51,043 nt of DNA from Chloroflexota bacterium. Lineage in GTDB: Bacteria; Chloroflexota; UBA6077; CF-72. The position numbers were made by a program, and so were the translations under genes. Below the pieces are notes generated by a model, which saw only the letters and a list, made by a program, of their open reading frames with translations, had not been told where the DNA came from and ran no database searches. Positions within the stretch are counted from its first letter, which is position 1. Each line of letters opens with the position of its first letter. The stretch lies in the NCBI GenBank assembly GCA_051006215.1, contig JBPCIO010000364.1, forward strand, positions 1 through 51,043. The letters are read 5' to 3'. Of this stretch, positions 9,988 through 18,907 are shown in pieces.

Positions 9988-10484
9988 CGGTGGCCCGTTT
10001 GCGCGACATCCTCAACCGCGCCGCTGGTGATCCTCACCAGTTCCCGCGGCTGGATGCAAAAAACTGAGTTGGGTGTGCCTGCCGCCGCCCACACGTCCTC
10101 ATACTGCATCAGGTCCTGATCGACGTAGGTCGGCAGCGGCTGCAGGTGGCCGACCGGCGGCACACCGCCGATTGCGAAGCCGGTCGTCTGCCGCACCTGC
10201 TCAGCGCTGGCGCGGGCGACCTTGTGCCCGACCAGGCGCGCGACTTTGTCGACGTCAACGCGATTCGGGCCCGAGACCAGAATCAGGATGGGTTGGTCGC
10301 CGTCCATAAAGACCAGCGACTTCACGATCCGCCCCGCGCCTGTGCCAATGGCGGCCGCCGCGTCCGCGGCCGTTGCGGTGCTAGCGGCGAATTCGTGCAC
10401 GGGTAGGTGCTCGAGCCCGTGCGTGGCCAGGGCTGCCACGACGCGAGCAACCGACGTTCCGCGTTGAGGGAGGTTCGCCTGCAT
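9984..10484 (-). CDS. YbaK/EbsC-family aminoacyl-tRNA deacylase-like protein
   Basis: IVKSLVF, TGFAIGGVPPVGH and WAAAG motifs. Confidence 0.88.
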   Translation of the reverse strand: MQANLPQRGTSVARVVAALATHGLEHLPVHEFAASTATAADAAAAIGTGAGRIVKSLVFMDGDQPILILVSGPNRVDVDKVARLVGHKVARASAEQVRQTTGFAIGGVPPVGHLQPLPTYVDQDLMQYEDVWAAAGTPNSVFCIQPRELVRITSGAVEDVAQTGHR

Positions 10485-10537
10485 GGAGCTACGTGCCAGT
10501 GAGTCTACGCGGAACCAGAAACGCTAAACTTGGGTGC

Positions 10538-12031
10538 GTGCCTGCGTTCGCGCTCGATACCTTCGAGCGCCAGGCGGAGGCGTTTCTACGCGCCAGAGCC
10601 TGGCGCGAGTGGAACTTTCTCAGTGGTCAGCGGCCCGGCCGGGGCCTGATCACCCTCTACGACCAGGATTTTCCCAACTTCACGTCGACCGACCAGTGGG
10701 CCGATCTTCAGGCTGCCTCGCCCGACGATCCGCGCCAGCAACAAACGCTGTCCGGTCTGCTCGCCGCGGCCTACCTGGAAGGTCGTACTCGCGACTTCGC
10801 GGTGAAGACGGCTGGTATTCAGGCCCGCGCCACGATTCCGTTTGAAGCGAGCGACATGGCCTGGCGCGAGGCGCCCGCCCGCTGGGCGCTGCTGCCCGAG
10901 GTACCCCGTCGGCACTCGCTCGAGGACAGCTGGCGTGGCGTGTTGCGCTCGGACCTGAACCCCGAACTGGAGCGCTGGCAGGAGGAATTGCGCTCCCAGC
11001 TCACCAGACTGGGCAGCGAGGACTGGCTCGCCTTCTGGTCTCGACACCGCCAATACGACCTCACCGTGATCTCGAAACTCGCCGACAGCCTGTTGCACTC
11101 CACGCTTGAGCTGTACGGCGATGGACTGGGTGTCTATCTGTCGCAGCTGAATCTGCCGATCGACGACGTTCGCACGTCCGACCTGGACTGGGCTTTCCGC
11201 GCGCCGCGCTTCGACGGCATCTTTCCCGACCGAAATCGGATCCCCGTCATGATCCGCACGCTACGTGACCTGGGCATCGAGTTGGAGGAGCAGCCGAGCA
11301 TTCGCCTGGAGTACGGCCCACTGCCCGGCGTTCACGTGGTCGCCACCGATCTGCCCAACGAAGTGCATGTCGTGATGCGCCTGGCGGGCGGTTGGCAGGA
11401 CTTCGCGCGCACTCTGCGCGGACTCGGGATGGCAGAGCACCTGGCGCACGCCGATCCTTCGCTGAGAGTCTGGGAAGGCTGGCTCGGCGACGAGACACCA
11501 ACGATCGGTTACGGGCTGCTGCTCGAGCAGCTGGTGCGTGACCGGACCTGGCTCGCTTCGCGTATCGAATACACGTCCAGCGACGACTACCGTGTGATCA
11601 CACACCTGGCGTGGCTTTATCGCGTGCGTCGCCTCGCGGCCACGGCTGCGTTCGAGCAGCGGCTGTGGCAAGCTGAACCTGGCGCGAGCATGGCGGCCGA
11701 TTTCGAGGCCACGCTGAGCGGAGCGTTGCGAAGCCGCCAATTCTCCGAGGACTACCTACGGGTCCTGTTTGGCGCGCCCTGGACGACGCTTCGAGCGGCC
11801 ACGTTGCTGCGCGCCGAAGTGTTCGCCGCGCATCTTCGGGCCTATCTGCAGCGCGAATTCGACGAAGAGTGGTGGCGGTCCGGGCGAGCAGCCAGCTTTA
11901 TCAAAGATGAGCTCTGGCGCCCAGGCAGGCGGCACACCGCCGAGGAGATCCTGCGCTTCATGGGGTATGCGGACGGCCTGGACGCAGCCATACTTGGGGC
12001 GGAATTCGAGGAGGTCTTGCGACCGCTGTGA
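10538..12031 (+). CDS. M3/M32-like metallopeptidase-fold protein lacking HExxH (probably inactive); likely GTG start 10538
   Basis: The C-terminal LQREFDEEWWRSGRA...LWRPG segment resembles M3-like proteins. The zinc-motif position reads RGLGM. TAAACT lies 7 nt upstream of the GTG. Confidence 0.6.
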   Translation: MPAFALDTFERQAEAFLRARAWREWNFLSGQRPGRGLITLYDQDFPNFTSTDQWADLQAASPDDPRQQQTLSGLLAAAYLEGRTRDFAVKTAGIQARATIPFEASDMAWREAPARWALLPEVPRRHSLEDSWRGVLRSDLNPELERWQEELRSQLTRLGSEDWLAFWSRHRQYDLTVISKLADSLLHSTLELYGDGLGVYLSQLNLPIDDVRTSDLDWAFRAPRFDGIFPDRNRIPVMIRTLRDLGIELEEQPSIRLEYGPLPGVHVVATDLPNEVHVVMRLAGGWQDFARTLRGLGMAEHLAHADPSLRVWEGWLGDETPTIGYGLLLEQLVRDRTWLASRIEYTSSDDYRVITHLAWLYRVRRLAATAAFEQRLWQAEPGASMAADFEATLSGALRSRQFSEDYLRVLFGAPWTTLRAATLLRAEVFAAHLRAYLQREFDEEWWRSGRAASFIKDELWRPGRRHTAEEILRFMGYADGLDAAILGAEFEEVLRPL

Positions 12032-12504
12032 ATGCGTTTACCCACCTAGACGAAAGCGGCCGTGCTCGGATGGTGGATGTCTCGCACAAGCACGTAACCT
12101 CGCGAGCCGCGACGGCGCGCGCAGTGGTGACCATGCAGCCAGACACGGCGCGCCTGATCGCGGCTGGCAAAGTGGCCAAAGGTGACGTGCTGGCGGTTGC
12201 TCAGGTGGCCGGCGTGATGGCCGCAAAACGCACGCCCGACCTGATTCCACTATGTCACCCCCTGCCCATCAACGGCGTCGACATGAGCTTCGACCTGGAC
12301 ATCGAACACGCCCGCCTGGAGATTCGGGCGACGGTGCGCGTCAGCAGCCGCACCGGAGTCGAGATGGAAGCGCTGACGGCGGCATCGGTCGCCGCGCTGA
12401 CGGTGTACGACATGTGCAAGGCGGTTGACCGCGGGATGAGCATCGGCAGCGTGGAGCTACTCCACAAAGCCGGTGGCAAAAGCGGCGAGTTCATCCGATC
12501 ATGA
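12028..12504 (+). CDS. moaC: Cyclic pyranopterin monophosphate synthase
   Basis: FTHLD..G.ARMVDVS, LIPLCHPL, TGVEMEAL, YDMCKAVD and GGKSG motifs. Confidence 0.96.
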   Translation: MNAFTHLDESGRARMVDVSHKHVTSRAATARAVVTMQPDTARLIAAGKVAKGDVLAVAQVAGVMAAKRTPDLIPLCHPLPINGVDMSFDLDIEHARLEIRATVRVSSRTGVEMEALTAASVAALTVYDMCKAVDRGMSIGSVELLHKAGGKSGEFIRS

Positions 12505-13010
12505 CCGACATCCGCCTTGCAATTGTCACCGTGAGCGACAAAGCCTCGCGAGGCGAGCGCGAGGACGCGGGCGGGCCCGCCATTCGCGAAACGCTGGCAT
12601 CCATCGGCGTAGCGATGATCGTGGTCGACTATCGAATCGTTTCCGATGAGGAGCAACTGATCGCCGAAGCCCTGTTCCACCTTTCAGAGCGAGCCGACGT
12701 CGACCTGATCCTCACTACCGGCGGCACCGGGCTAGCGCCGCGTGACGTGACCCCGCAAGCAACGCTTGGGGCGATCGACTACGCAGTGCCGGGCATTGCC
12801 GAGGCGATGCGAGCCGCAAGTCTGAAGGTCACTCCGGCCGGCATGCTCTCGCGTGGCGTGGCTGGCGTGCGGCGCGGCAAGCTGATCATAAATCTGCCGG
12901 GCAACCCGAAAGCTGTACGCGAAAACCTGCACGCCATCGCCGCGGCTCTGCCTCACGCGATAAGCACGCTGCGCGGCGAAGTCGGCGAGCACACGCGACC
13001 TGAGGACTGA
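12501..13010 (+). CDS. moaB: MogA/MoaB molybdopterin adenylyltransferase
   Basis: TVSD, TTGGTG...RDVTP, LSR and NLPGNPKA motifs. Confidence 0.92.
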   Translation: MTDIRLAIVTVSDKASRGEREDAGGPAIRETLASIGVAMIVVDYRIVSDEEQLIAEALFHLSERADVDLILTTGGTGLAPRDVTPQATLGAIDYAVPGIAEAMRAASLKVTPAGMLSRGVAGVRRGKLIINLPGNPKAVRENLHAIAAALPHAISTLRGEVGEHTRPED

Positions 13011-13020
13011 CGCTCAGAAG

Positions 13021-13037
13021 GAGGCGCCACGCGCCTC
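13021..13037. terminator. GC hairpin between convergent genes
   Basis: GAGGCGC-CAC-GCGCCTC perfect 7-bp stem with no U-tract. Confidence 0.35.
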
Positions 13038-13052
13038 GACGGTGCACTCAGC

Positions 13053-13454
13053 CTAGCGTTGGCTTTGGTTCTTCAACTTCCGCCAGCCACCTGCTCGATT
13101 GTCGGCAATTATCTGCTTGAACATGGCAGTCAGGGCGGGCGCATTGATCTTTTCGCCCTTACCGACCGCCACGGTGCGGGCGGTCGTGTTTGCGTGCCCG
13201 GCGGTGATGATGCCCTGGGGATCGGGGACGCTGGCGCCGTCGTACAGAAAAATGTTGACGTGGTCCTTCGCCGCCAGCAGCGCGCAGATATTGCCCTGCA
13301 GCACGAAGTAGGGACGGTTCGTGCGCTTGATGGTTTCGGTCACTTCTGGGTCGGCGGCGTGGACCAGCTCGCGGACCTGCCGGCAGTTGGCCTGCTGCCA
13401 CTCCGGCAGGCCATCGATGTAGGCGTCAACGCGTGAATCGGGGGTGTAGGTCAT
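13053..13454 (-). CDS. DUF1801/YdhG-like protein
   Basis: N-terminus VDAYIDGLPEWQQ...RELVHAADPEVTETIK is typical of DUF1801. Confidence 0.8.
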   Translation of the reverse strand: MTYTPDSRVDAYIDGLPEWQQANCRQVRELVHAADPEVTETIKRTNRPYFVLQGNICALLAAKDHVNIFLYDGASVPDPQGIITAGHANTTARTVAVGKGEKINAPALTAMFKQIIADNRAGGWRKLKNQSQR

Positions 13455-13476
13455 AGAGCGCTACTGGCCGCTCGGT

Positions 13477-14460
13477 TCAGTACCAGGCGGCCTTATCCAC
13501 GACGTTGTGTAACGGCTGGCCGGCCACAAATCGACGTGCGTTCTCGACGAGTATCTGATACCGCCGCTCAGGCAGATTCTCGGCATCGAGTACCGCCACG
13601 TGAGGCGTCAGCAACACGTTCGGCAGGCTCCACAGCCGGTGGTCGGCCGGCAAGGGCTCGGTTTCGAACACGTCGAGTCCGCAGCCGGCTATGTCGCCGC
13701 GCTCCAGCGCTGTGGTCAGGTCCTCCAGCCGCGTGGTCCGTCCGCGGCCGATATTGATGAAAAAGGCGGATGCCTTCATCAAACGAAATCGTTCGGCGTT
13801 CCAAAGCCCTTCTGTTTCGGGAGTGTGCGGGGTGGTGGTGACGACCACGTCCGCCACCGGCAGCAGGGAGTCGAGAGCGTCCGGTCCGTAGCGCTCGGCC
13901 GCGGGCGCAGCATGCTCCCAGCGCGGGTCGATGCCGATCACCCGCATGCCAAACGCGGCGCACAGGCGCGCCGTTTCCTGGCCGATGCCCCCGACACCAT
14001 GAATCAGCACGGTGGCCTGCGCCAGATCCAGCGCCGGCCGCGGGCGAGCCCTGGGCTGCCACCTCTGCTGACGCTGGGCCTCCACGTAGTACGGCAGGCC
14101 CCGAGCGAGCGCCAGCAGGAACATCATGATGTGCTGAGAAATGTGGTCGCTGTAGATTCCGCGGGGGTTACAGATCACGACCGGGTGGTCGATCAAGGCG
14201 GGGTAGAAGTAGCCTGGACGCGGCCCGGCATCCGGGTTCTGCAGCCATCTCAGCCGGCTGGCCAGCGGCAACAGGTCGGGCGGAATCCAGCCAAAGGCCG
14301 CATCGGCGTTTTCCAGCTCACGTCCTGCCTCGACCAACGTCTCCGGGGCGACGACCTGCAATCCGGGCAGATCCTCGGCCAAGCGCGCGGCGAAACCGCG
14401 GTGCAGCTCGTCGAGGGGCGGCATCACAATCAGTTTGGGCATGTTGGCAGCCTCTCTCAT
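13477..14460 (-). CDS. D-2-hydroxyacid dehydrogenase
   Basis: GVGGIG, NIGRG, LDVFETEPL and TPH motifs. The start could be ATG 14442 (GAGAGG SD). Confidence 0.9.
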   Translation of the reverse strand: MREAANMPKLIVMPPLDELHRGFAARLAEDLPGLQVVAPETLVEAGRELENADAAFGWIPPDLLPLASRLRWLQNPDAGPRPGYFYPALIDHPVVICNPRGIYSDHISQHIMMFLLALARGLPYYVEAQRQQRWQPRARPRPALDLAQATVLIHGVGGIGQETARLCAAFGMRVIGIDPRWEHAAPAAERYGPDALDSLLPVADVVVTTTPHTPETEGLWNAERFRLMKASAFFINIGRGRTTRLEDLTTALERGDIAGCGLDVFETEPLPADHRLWSLPNVLLTPHVAVLDAENLPERRYQILVENARRFVAGQPLHNVVDKAAWY

Positions 14461-15911
14461 CGGGGTCGTGGAATAAGCTGGCGCAGCAGCCGGATCTCAT
14501 CATGATCGATGCCGCCCAGGCTCCACAAGGCGATGGGATAGATGACCAGTCCCGCGACGAGTGCTGCTCCAGGGTGGATGGCGTCGCGGAGCCACCACAC
14601 CACTGGCGCCATGAGCAGGGTGGCAAGTACAGGTAGCTGCGCTTCGCGGAGTAGCGACACCCCTGGCGCCACCTTGCGGACTGCCCAGCCGAACGGGACC
14701 AGCAGCACGAGCTCGCTGGCCACGGTCACCCAGGCCGCGCCGATGTAGCCGAAGCGGGGGATCAGGGCTAGATTGGCAGCCACGTTGAACACCAACGCAG
14801 CTACGAAGGCAGCCGTCAGCAAGCGCTGGCGGCCTGCGGCGATGAGGACGTATTGCGTCAGGCCGTTGGCGTAGCTGAGCGGCAGATAACACATCAGGAT
14901 GCTCAGCGCCATGGCAGATTCAGGCAGGTAGTCGCGCCCGGCGACGATGCTCACGATTGGGTCCGCCAGCAGCGCAACCCCAGCGGCGAGCGGGAACGCG
15001 ACCTGGAACAGCAGCCGCAAGGGCAGGCGATACGCACGGGCAAGACCCTCGGCGGCGTTCGGCGATCGGTCGCTGCTGCGCGAAAGGCGCGGGAACAGCG
15101 CCAGCGTAAACGCAGAAGAGACGATCCCAGCGCCTTCGGACACCTTGTACGCTGCGGCGTAGGTTCCGCCGGCAACCGCACCTGCAAGCGGCAATAGCAG
15201 CAGGCCGTCCACTTTGAAGAACAAGCCCTGCAGCAGCTGATTCAAAAAGAGTGGCCACGACTCTGTAAGCCAGCGCATGGGTCGACTCTGGGTTATGCGC
15301 ACGGTGAGCGGAGTACGTGCCGCCAGCCTCCACAGCACGAGAGCCGACATGATGTTCGTGAGCGCCGACGTGGCTGCCAGGCCGACGAGACCGAGCCCGC
15401 CGAACAGGGCTACGCCGCCAACGCCGGTCCTGAACAGCGTCGCCAGGACCGACACACCTGCCGTGAGCTCGAGCCGTTCGCCCGCCCACAGCACAGCAGT
15501 CGCCGTCTTGGCCAGCACGGTTGGCAGTAAGGCCACGTAGAACGTCCATCCGGCCAGCGCGGCCTCTGGTGAAAGGTTGGCCGTTTCGCGCAGCGGTCCG
15601 TACACGATCGCTACCACCGGCAGGCCAACGCACCACAGGGCGAGACGCAGGATGTTCACTGCTCGAAAAGCAGCGCCGGCAGCTACGCTGCCCCGCGAGA
15701 CCTCGCGGGCGACCAGTGCATTCAAGCCAAAGTCGATGAACGTATCCAGATAGGTCGTGAAGATGATCACGAACTGGTAGGCGCCGACATCAGCACGCCC
15801 GAGCAGACGCAGGTAGACGATGGCGAAGGCGGCGTCGACAACCCGCGCCGCCATGGGCGCCAGCGTATTCAGCGCGACGCGGCGAGCCGCGTTCTCAGGC
15901 GCCGGCGCTAT
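14457..15911 (-). CDS. Wzx/MurJ-like oligosaccharide flippase; start probably non-canonical ATA 15911 (first ATG 15854)
   Basis: Multi-TM protein with DFGL...VAREV, NLALIPRFGYIGAAW. The typical ARRVALNT N-terminus lies upstream of the ATG. Confidence 0.85.
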   Translation of the reverse strand: MAPAPENAARRVALNTLAPMAARVVDAAFAIVYLRLLGRADVGAYQFVIIFTTYLDTFIDFGLNALVAREVSRGSVAAGAAFRAVNILRLALWCVGLPVVAIVYGPLRETANLSPEAALAGWTFYVALLPTVLAKTATAVLWAGERLELTAGVSVLATLFRTGVGGVALFGGLGLVGLAATSALTNIMSALVLWRLAARTPLTVRITQSRPMRWLTESWPLFLNQLLQGLFFKVDGLLLLPLAGAVAGGTYAAAYKVSEGAGIVSSAFTLALFPRLSRSSDRSPNAAEGLARAYRLPLRLLFQVAFPLAAGVALLADPIVSIVAGRDYLPESAMALSILMCYLPLSYANGLTQYVLIAAGRQRLLTAAFVAALVFNVAANLALIPRFGYIGAAWVTVASELVLLVPFGWAVRKVAPGVSLLREAQLPVLATLLMAPVVWWLRDAIHPGAALVAGLVIYPIALWSLGGIDHDEIRLLRQLIPRPR

Positions 15912-16003
15912 GTCCCCAGAAAACCTTTCCGCAGCATGAGGCGTGGCATGCCTTTACAGAGCATTCGAGGCCGGCTACGCCTGGCGTGCGCGCATGCGGT
16001 CAG
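15908..16003 (-). CDS. Putative bridging mini-ORF (CTG 16003 or ATG 15964) between pepA and the flippase
   Basis: CTGA overlaps the pepA stop. ATAG overlaps the putative flippase ATA start. Confidence 0.3.
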   Translation of the reverse strand: MTACAHARRSRPRMLCKGMPRLMLRKGFLGT

Positions 16004-17520
16004 AGATCCTTCCACGCCTGGCAGAAGTGCCATAGCAATCGCACGCCGACGCCGGTCGCGCCAGGCTTGGGGTTGTATGGGGCGACGTAGGTCTGATCGC
16101 CGTCTGCGTAGGCGGTTCCGGCAATGTCGAGGTGTACCCACGGCACGTCACCGACGAACTCCTTCAAGAACAGCCCGGCGGTGATCGCACCCGCCGCACG
16201 GCCACCGGTATTGCGGACGTCGGCCATGGCCGTTTTGATCTGCTCTCCGTAAACCTTCCACAGCGGCAGTTGCCAGCACCGGTCGCCGGACCGTTCACCA
16301 GCCGCGAGCAGCTGGTTGGCCAGGGTCTGGTTGTTGCTCATGAGCCCCGTCGCGTGATCGCCGAGGGCTACCCGACAGGCGCCGGTCAGCGTCGCGAAGT
16401 CGATGATGGCGTCAGGTTTCTGTTCGGCTGCGTAGGCCAGAGCATCGGACAGGATGACGCGTCCCTCCGCGTCGGTATTGATGATCTCCATGGTTTTGCC
16501 GTTGTAGGCCTTGAACACGTCGCCAGGTTTGTAGGCCGAGCCGGACGGCAGGTTCTCGGTCGCGGCGAACACCCCGAGCACGCTCACGGGCAGTTTTCCG
16601 GCCGCGGCGAGCTCGACAAAGCCGAGCACGGTTGCAGCGCCCGTCATGTCGTGGCGCATGTACTCCATGCCGTCGCCTGGTTTGAGCGAGATCCCACCCG
16701 AATCGAACGTGATGCCCTTGCCGACCACGGCCAGAGTCTTTGGTGCGCCTGGAGCAGCGTACTTGATGGCTACGAACGCTGGCGGTTGGTCGCTGCCCTG
16801 GTTCACTGCCAGAATTGCGTTCATGCCGTGGGCGCGAAGCTCGTCTTTGCCCCATACGGTGATTTCGAGGCCGTACTTTCGGGCAAGCTCTCGCGCTTGC
16901 TCAGCCAGATAACTCGGAGTGACGAAGTTGCCGGGGCCAACCGAGAGATCACGCACCCGCATCACCGCATCGCACGTGATACGCGCTAGCTCGGCTGTCA
17001 GCTCGAGCTGGCGGACGCCGTCGGCATCCGGCTCGACGACGATGCACGAGCTGACCTCGTGGCGTGACTTGGTGGCTTCTTTGAACTGCTCGTAGCGATA
17101 CAGCGCCAGAACCGAGCTTTCCATGGTCGCCCGGGCAGCATCGTCGTTCGACAGGCCGCCGCTACCGGCGCCGTGCACGACGCACGCGAAACTGTCGAGC
17201 TTCAGATCGCGCGCCTTACGGGCTGCCAGCGCGGAGGCAACCCGGACATCTTCGAGCTCGACCTCGGCCTGTTTGCCCAGCCCGACCACGGCCACGCGCT
17301 TGGCCTTGACGCCCTGGCTGCCATGGGTATGAATCACGGTCACCGTGGCCGGCTCGCCCGTGATCTCGCCCTCGGCGATCAGGCCAGCAATCTGTCCGCC
17401 AAGGGCGGTGTCGACGGCCGCGGCCGCGCTGCTGAGTTGCGGGTGGCCCTCGAAGACGCTCACCACAAGCAGCGGCGTATCGATCTCGGTGACCGACGCC
17501 TGCTGAACGCGAAGCTCCAC
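16000..17520 (-). CDS. pepA: Leucyl aminopeptidase (M17)
   Basis: VGKGITFDSGG, NTDAEGR, ATLTGA and HLDIAGT motifs. AGGAGG SD. Confidence 0.95.
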   Translation of the reverse strand: MELRVQQASVTEIDTPLLVVSVFEGHPQLSSAAAAVDTALGGQIAGLIAEGEITGEPATVTVIHTHGSQGVKAKRVAVVGLGKQAEVELEDVRVASALAARKARDLKLDSFACVVHGAGSGGLSNDDAARATMESSVLALYRYEQFKEATKSRHEVSSCIVVEPDADGVRQLELTAELARITCDAVMRVRDLSVGPGNFVTPSYLAEQARELARKYGLEITVWGKDELRAHGMNAILAVNQGSDQPPAFVAIKYAAPGAPKTLAVVGKGITFDSGGISLKPGDGMEYMRHDMTGAATVLGFVELAAAGKLPVSVLGVFAATENLPSGSAYKPGDVFKAYNGKTMEIINTDAEGRVILSDALAYAAEQKPDAIIDFATLTGACRVALGDHATGLMSNNQTLANQLLAAGERSGDRCWQLPLWKVYGEQIKTAMADVRNTGGRAAGAITAGLFLKEFVGDVPWVHLDIAGTAYADGDQTYVAPYNPKPGATGVGVRLLWHFCQAWKDL

Positions 17521-17566
17521 GTTGTGGCGCCTCCTATCTGGAATGATGGAACGTGTGGGTAGCAGT

Positions 17567-18907
17567 CTAGCCAGTCGAGGCGAAGCCTGGTACGAGCACG
17601 CGCAACAGCGCGTAGGTATTCAGGCCAACCAACCCCACTCCGACCAGCACGATACCCCAGCCCTGGACGCGCTGCGGAAGCCAGGCGGCCCAGCCCACTA
17701 CCAGCAGCATGGCAATGGGTACGAGCGCGGTGAACAGATACCGACCCTGGGGTTGTTGGAACGTCAAGTTGTAGGCGATGTACCCGAGCACCGCCGCGGC
17801 CAGAGTTCCCAGAAGGAGCAGCCACGCCGGCTCGGCGTACAGTCGACGATGCTCCAGGGCAAGGCCCACCACGGCAACCCCCACCATGAGCCCCCAGATC
17901 CAGTACAGCCGTTCAGGTGCGACCACCCCCATCCATCCGAACTGGGCCCAGAAGCTGTGGAAGGTGGTCGTGAGGAAGGAACCGACAAAGGGTAAGCTCA
18001 AACCAGGAAAACGCGGCTGATCGAGCACGACCGCGGCGTGCCGGCTCGTGGCCAGCGGATCGCCCCAGCCGTAGCTGGTGACCTGGTGGATCATCCACGG
18101 CAGCACGACTACGCTGACAGCTCCGAGCATGAGCCCGGCCTGGCGTATGGGGCGCGAGGATCGACACAGCAAGGCCAGGAGGGCCACTGGGACGAAGATG
18201 CCTAAGGCAAGCTTGGTGAGCAGGCCGAGACCGATCAGCGCTCCGACGCCAATGGCGCGCTTCGCATCAACAGGATTACGCCGGGCGGCGACACTGCTCC
18301 AGAAGCCTCGAACCAGGACCAGAACGATGCCTGCGGCCAGCAGGTTGGCGAGGGGATCGGTGCTGATAGCAGCCGACACCGACGTGAACATGGGTATACC
18401 GACGAGAACGAGCGGGACCGCGACGGCCAGGTGCCGTGGCAAGATTTCGCGAGCGACGAGGTAGGCCAAGCAGATGGTGAGCGCCCCAAGCGCAGCGTTG
18501 AACGCGCGCAATCGGAACACCAGCACGGACGGATCATCCATGGGTCCCACGCGGAAAAGAGGGGCCGCCGCGAGGTAGAACAGTGGCGGCTGCCACGCTT
18601 CGTACCGGATCGCGGACACGGAGTCGCCGGGCTGCAAGCGCCCGTTTTTCAGCCGCTCGAGAAGTGCCGAATCCCAATCTCCGGACTGCAGGGTCGGCAA
18701 ACCTCCTGTCTCAGCCACGTAGGCGACATAGTTGTAGTGCGCCGGCTCGTCCGGGTTCTGCCAGATCGGCGTAAGCGTGACATACCCGAACGCCAGCGTC
18801 GCGTACGCGAGGAGAGTAAGGGTGAGGGCGGCGACGCTTCGGCGGTCGAGGCTGTGCGTTCCGCGCGCGCCCGGGTAGGGAGAAGCGCGCCGCGAATGTG
18901 TCGTCAA
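17567..18907 (-). CDS. GT-C-fold membrane glycosyltransferase (DUF2142/PMT-like)
   Basis: PDEPAH after TM1, QPPLFY, FWAQFGW and QGRYLF motifs, multiple TMs. Confidence 0.75.
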   Translation of the reverse strand: MTTHSRRASPYPGARGTHSLDRRSVAALTLTLLAYATLAFGYVTLTPIWQNPDEPAHYNYVAYVAETGGLPTLQSGDWDSALLERLKNGRLQPGDSVSAIRYEAWQPPLFYLAAAPLFRVGPMDDPSVLVFRLRAFNAALGALTICLAYLVAREILPRHLAVAVPLVLVGIPMFTSVSAAISTDPLANLLAAGIVLVLVRGFWSSVAARRNPVDAKRAIGVGALIGLGLLTKLALGIFVPVALLALLCRSSRPIRQAGLMLGAVSVVVLPWMIHQVTSYGWGDPLATSRHAAVVLDQPRFPGLSLPFVGSFLTTTFHSFWAQFGWMGVVAPERLYWIWGLMVGVAVVGLALEHRRLYAEPAWLLLLGTLAAAVLGYIAYNLTFQQPQGRYLFTALVPIAMLLVVGWAAWLPQRVQGWGIVLVGVGLVGLNTYALLRVLVPGFASTG

